From Octopus bimaculoides (taxonomy: Eukaryota), in contig NC_068995.1 of assembly GCF_001194135.2 (NCBI RefSeq), positions 35,300,088-35,364,087 of the forward strand: a DNA stretch of 64,000 bases, written 5' to 3'. The notes under the pieces were generated by a model, which did not search any database, was not told where the DNA came from, and worked only from the letters and a program-made list of their open reading frames with translations. Positions 62,990 through 64,000 of this stretch are shown piece by piece. Numbering within the stretch: the first letter of the stretch is position 1; each line of letters opens with the position of its first letter. The translations under genes were made by a program, and so were the position numbers.

Positions 62990-63188
62990 AGCCCGAAGCC
63001 TCCACTGGCTGCTATTCCGTAAGTATGGATACGAGGTTACGGCGATTTGGTACCATTATACACCGGAAAAGGTAATGGACGAAAAGGGGAAGGCAAAAAT
63101 CCCATAAGACATTGACTTCCAGAGTATATTTTACTTCGTATATTTTACTCCAGGTTCTCTTTGATGGCATGCACTGTTCTCTGACTCA

Positions 63189-63190
<2 letters not shown>
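62990..63190 (+). mobile_element. Short R4/Dong-type fragment between (TAA)n tracts
   Basis: VARSLHWLLFRKYGYEVTAIWYHYTPEKVMDEKGKAKI matches the region just upstream of the REL nuclease. (TAA)n lies at 62910-62985 and 63190-63275. Confidence 0.65.
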
Positions 63191-63267
<77 letters not shown>

Positions 63268-63952
63268 TAACAATATTGATAAATGTTCAATGCATTTGCA
63301 ATTTATGTTTCAGAATTTACGTTTCAGTAAATTTATAAACTTTTGTTTGTATATATAACTCTATATAAACGAATATGCGTAGAATAAATCATAAAATACT
63401 AGTATTTGATCATGAAAATACTAGATCATGAAAGGTCATGATTTTCTGTAAGAAAGTAATTTGTACAAGTTTATTTGGAATTTTTAAGCAATATTTTAAA
63501 ACATATGATATCAACAGACAAGAAGTAATGTTTTGTAAACTCTGAAAGCGTTCGTCCAGTTAAAATTAACACATGTGAGTAAGTAATATGTAAAACCATT
63601 GTGACCGTAGTTAGTTGATGGTTTTGTTGTAGTGCTCATTAAAGAGTAATAACTCTTGAAATATGCATGGACAAGCATTAACTATTTTTTATAACTCCGA
63701 TCGCATCGTTTGCATAGACGTATTCTTTTGCGAAACGTAGTAACATTCAGTGATGGATCTAAATTCTAAACGAAATTTTTAGTGATAAATTTAAAACTGA
63801 ATAAACTGCACTGCTAACACAAAGTAACACGTAATATTGCGTTGTAAATCATTAATAAACTCGGTAGTATATTATGGTTGCCAAAGGAAATACAGTGTCG
63901 AGACACAGTATATATATAAATTGCTGTATATACATACATACTTATGTTAAAT

Positions 63953-64000
<48 letters not shown>

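Noticed and set aside
2763-63005. Long ORFs in the track that run through N-gaps or (TA)n/(TG)n/(CA)n/(AAT)n tracts (e.g. 38914-40042, 53301-54322, 58086-59213, 62280-63005)
   Set aside because: They are artefacts of unknown bases and stop-free microsatellite frames (YIYI, CVCV, THTH, NNNN, IIII).

Overview
AT-rich, microsatellite-dense eukaryotic DNA with about 12 N-gaps. The SINE families look like those of a coleoid cephalopod, most likely Octopus; this is an inference from recognising repeat sequences, not a database result. I found no host gene, rRNA, intact tRNA or CRISPR array that I can support. The window is intergenic or intronic and holds decayed transposons: Tc1/mariner (maT DD37D, four mariner copies from three families, Tc1 DD34E, Tigger/pogo), a hAT Buster-type element, a Gypsy LTR-PBS-gag stub, R4/Dong, RTE and L1/Tx1 LINE fragments, a Penelope-like element, two MITEs and three tRNA-derived SINE families. 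Best leads: (1) a 1.64-kb ORF1-only, HAL1-like retroelement at 50008-51643 inserted with a 6-bp TSD into the tRNA-like head of a SINE; (2) its last ~29 nt are shared with a SINE subfamily whose copies also sit in or beside heads of the same SINE family, suggesting a head-targeting L1/Tx1-driven LINE/half-LINE/SINE system; (3) minimal Penelope-type hammerhead ribozyme motifs, including a tandem pair of ~200-bp palindromes at 36805-37200.
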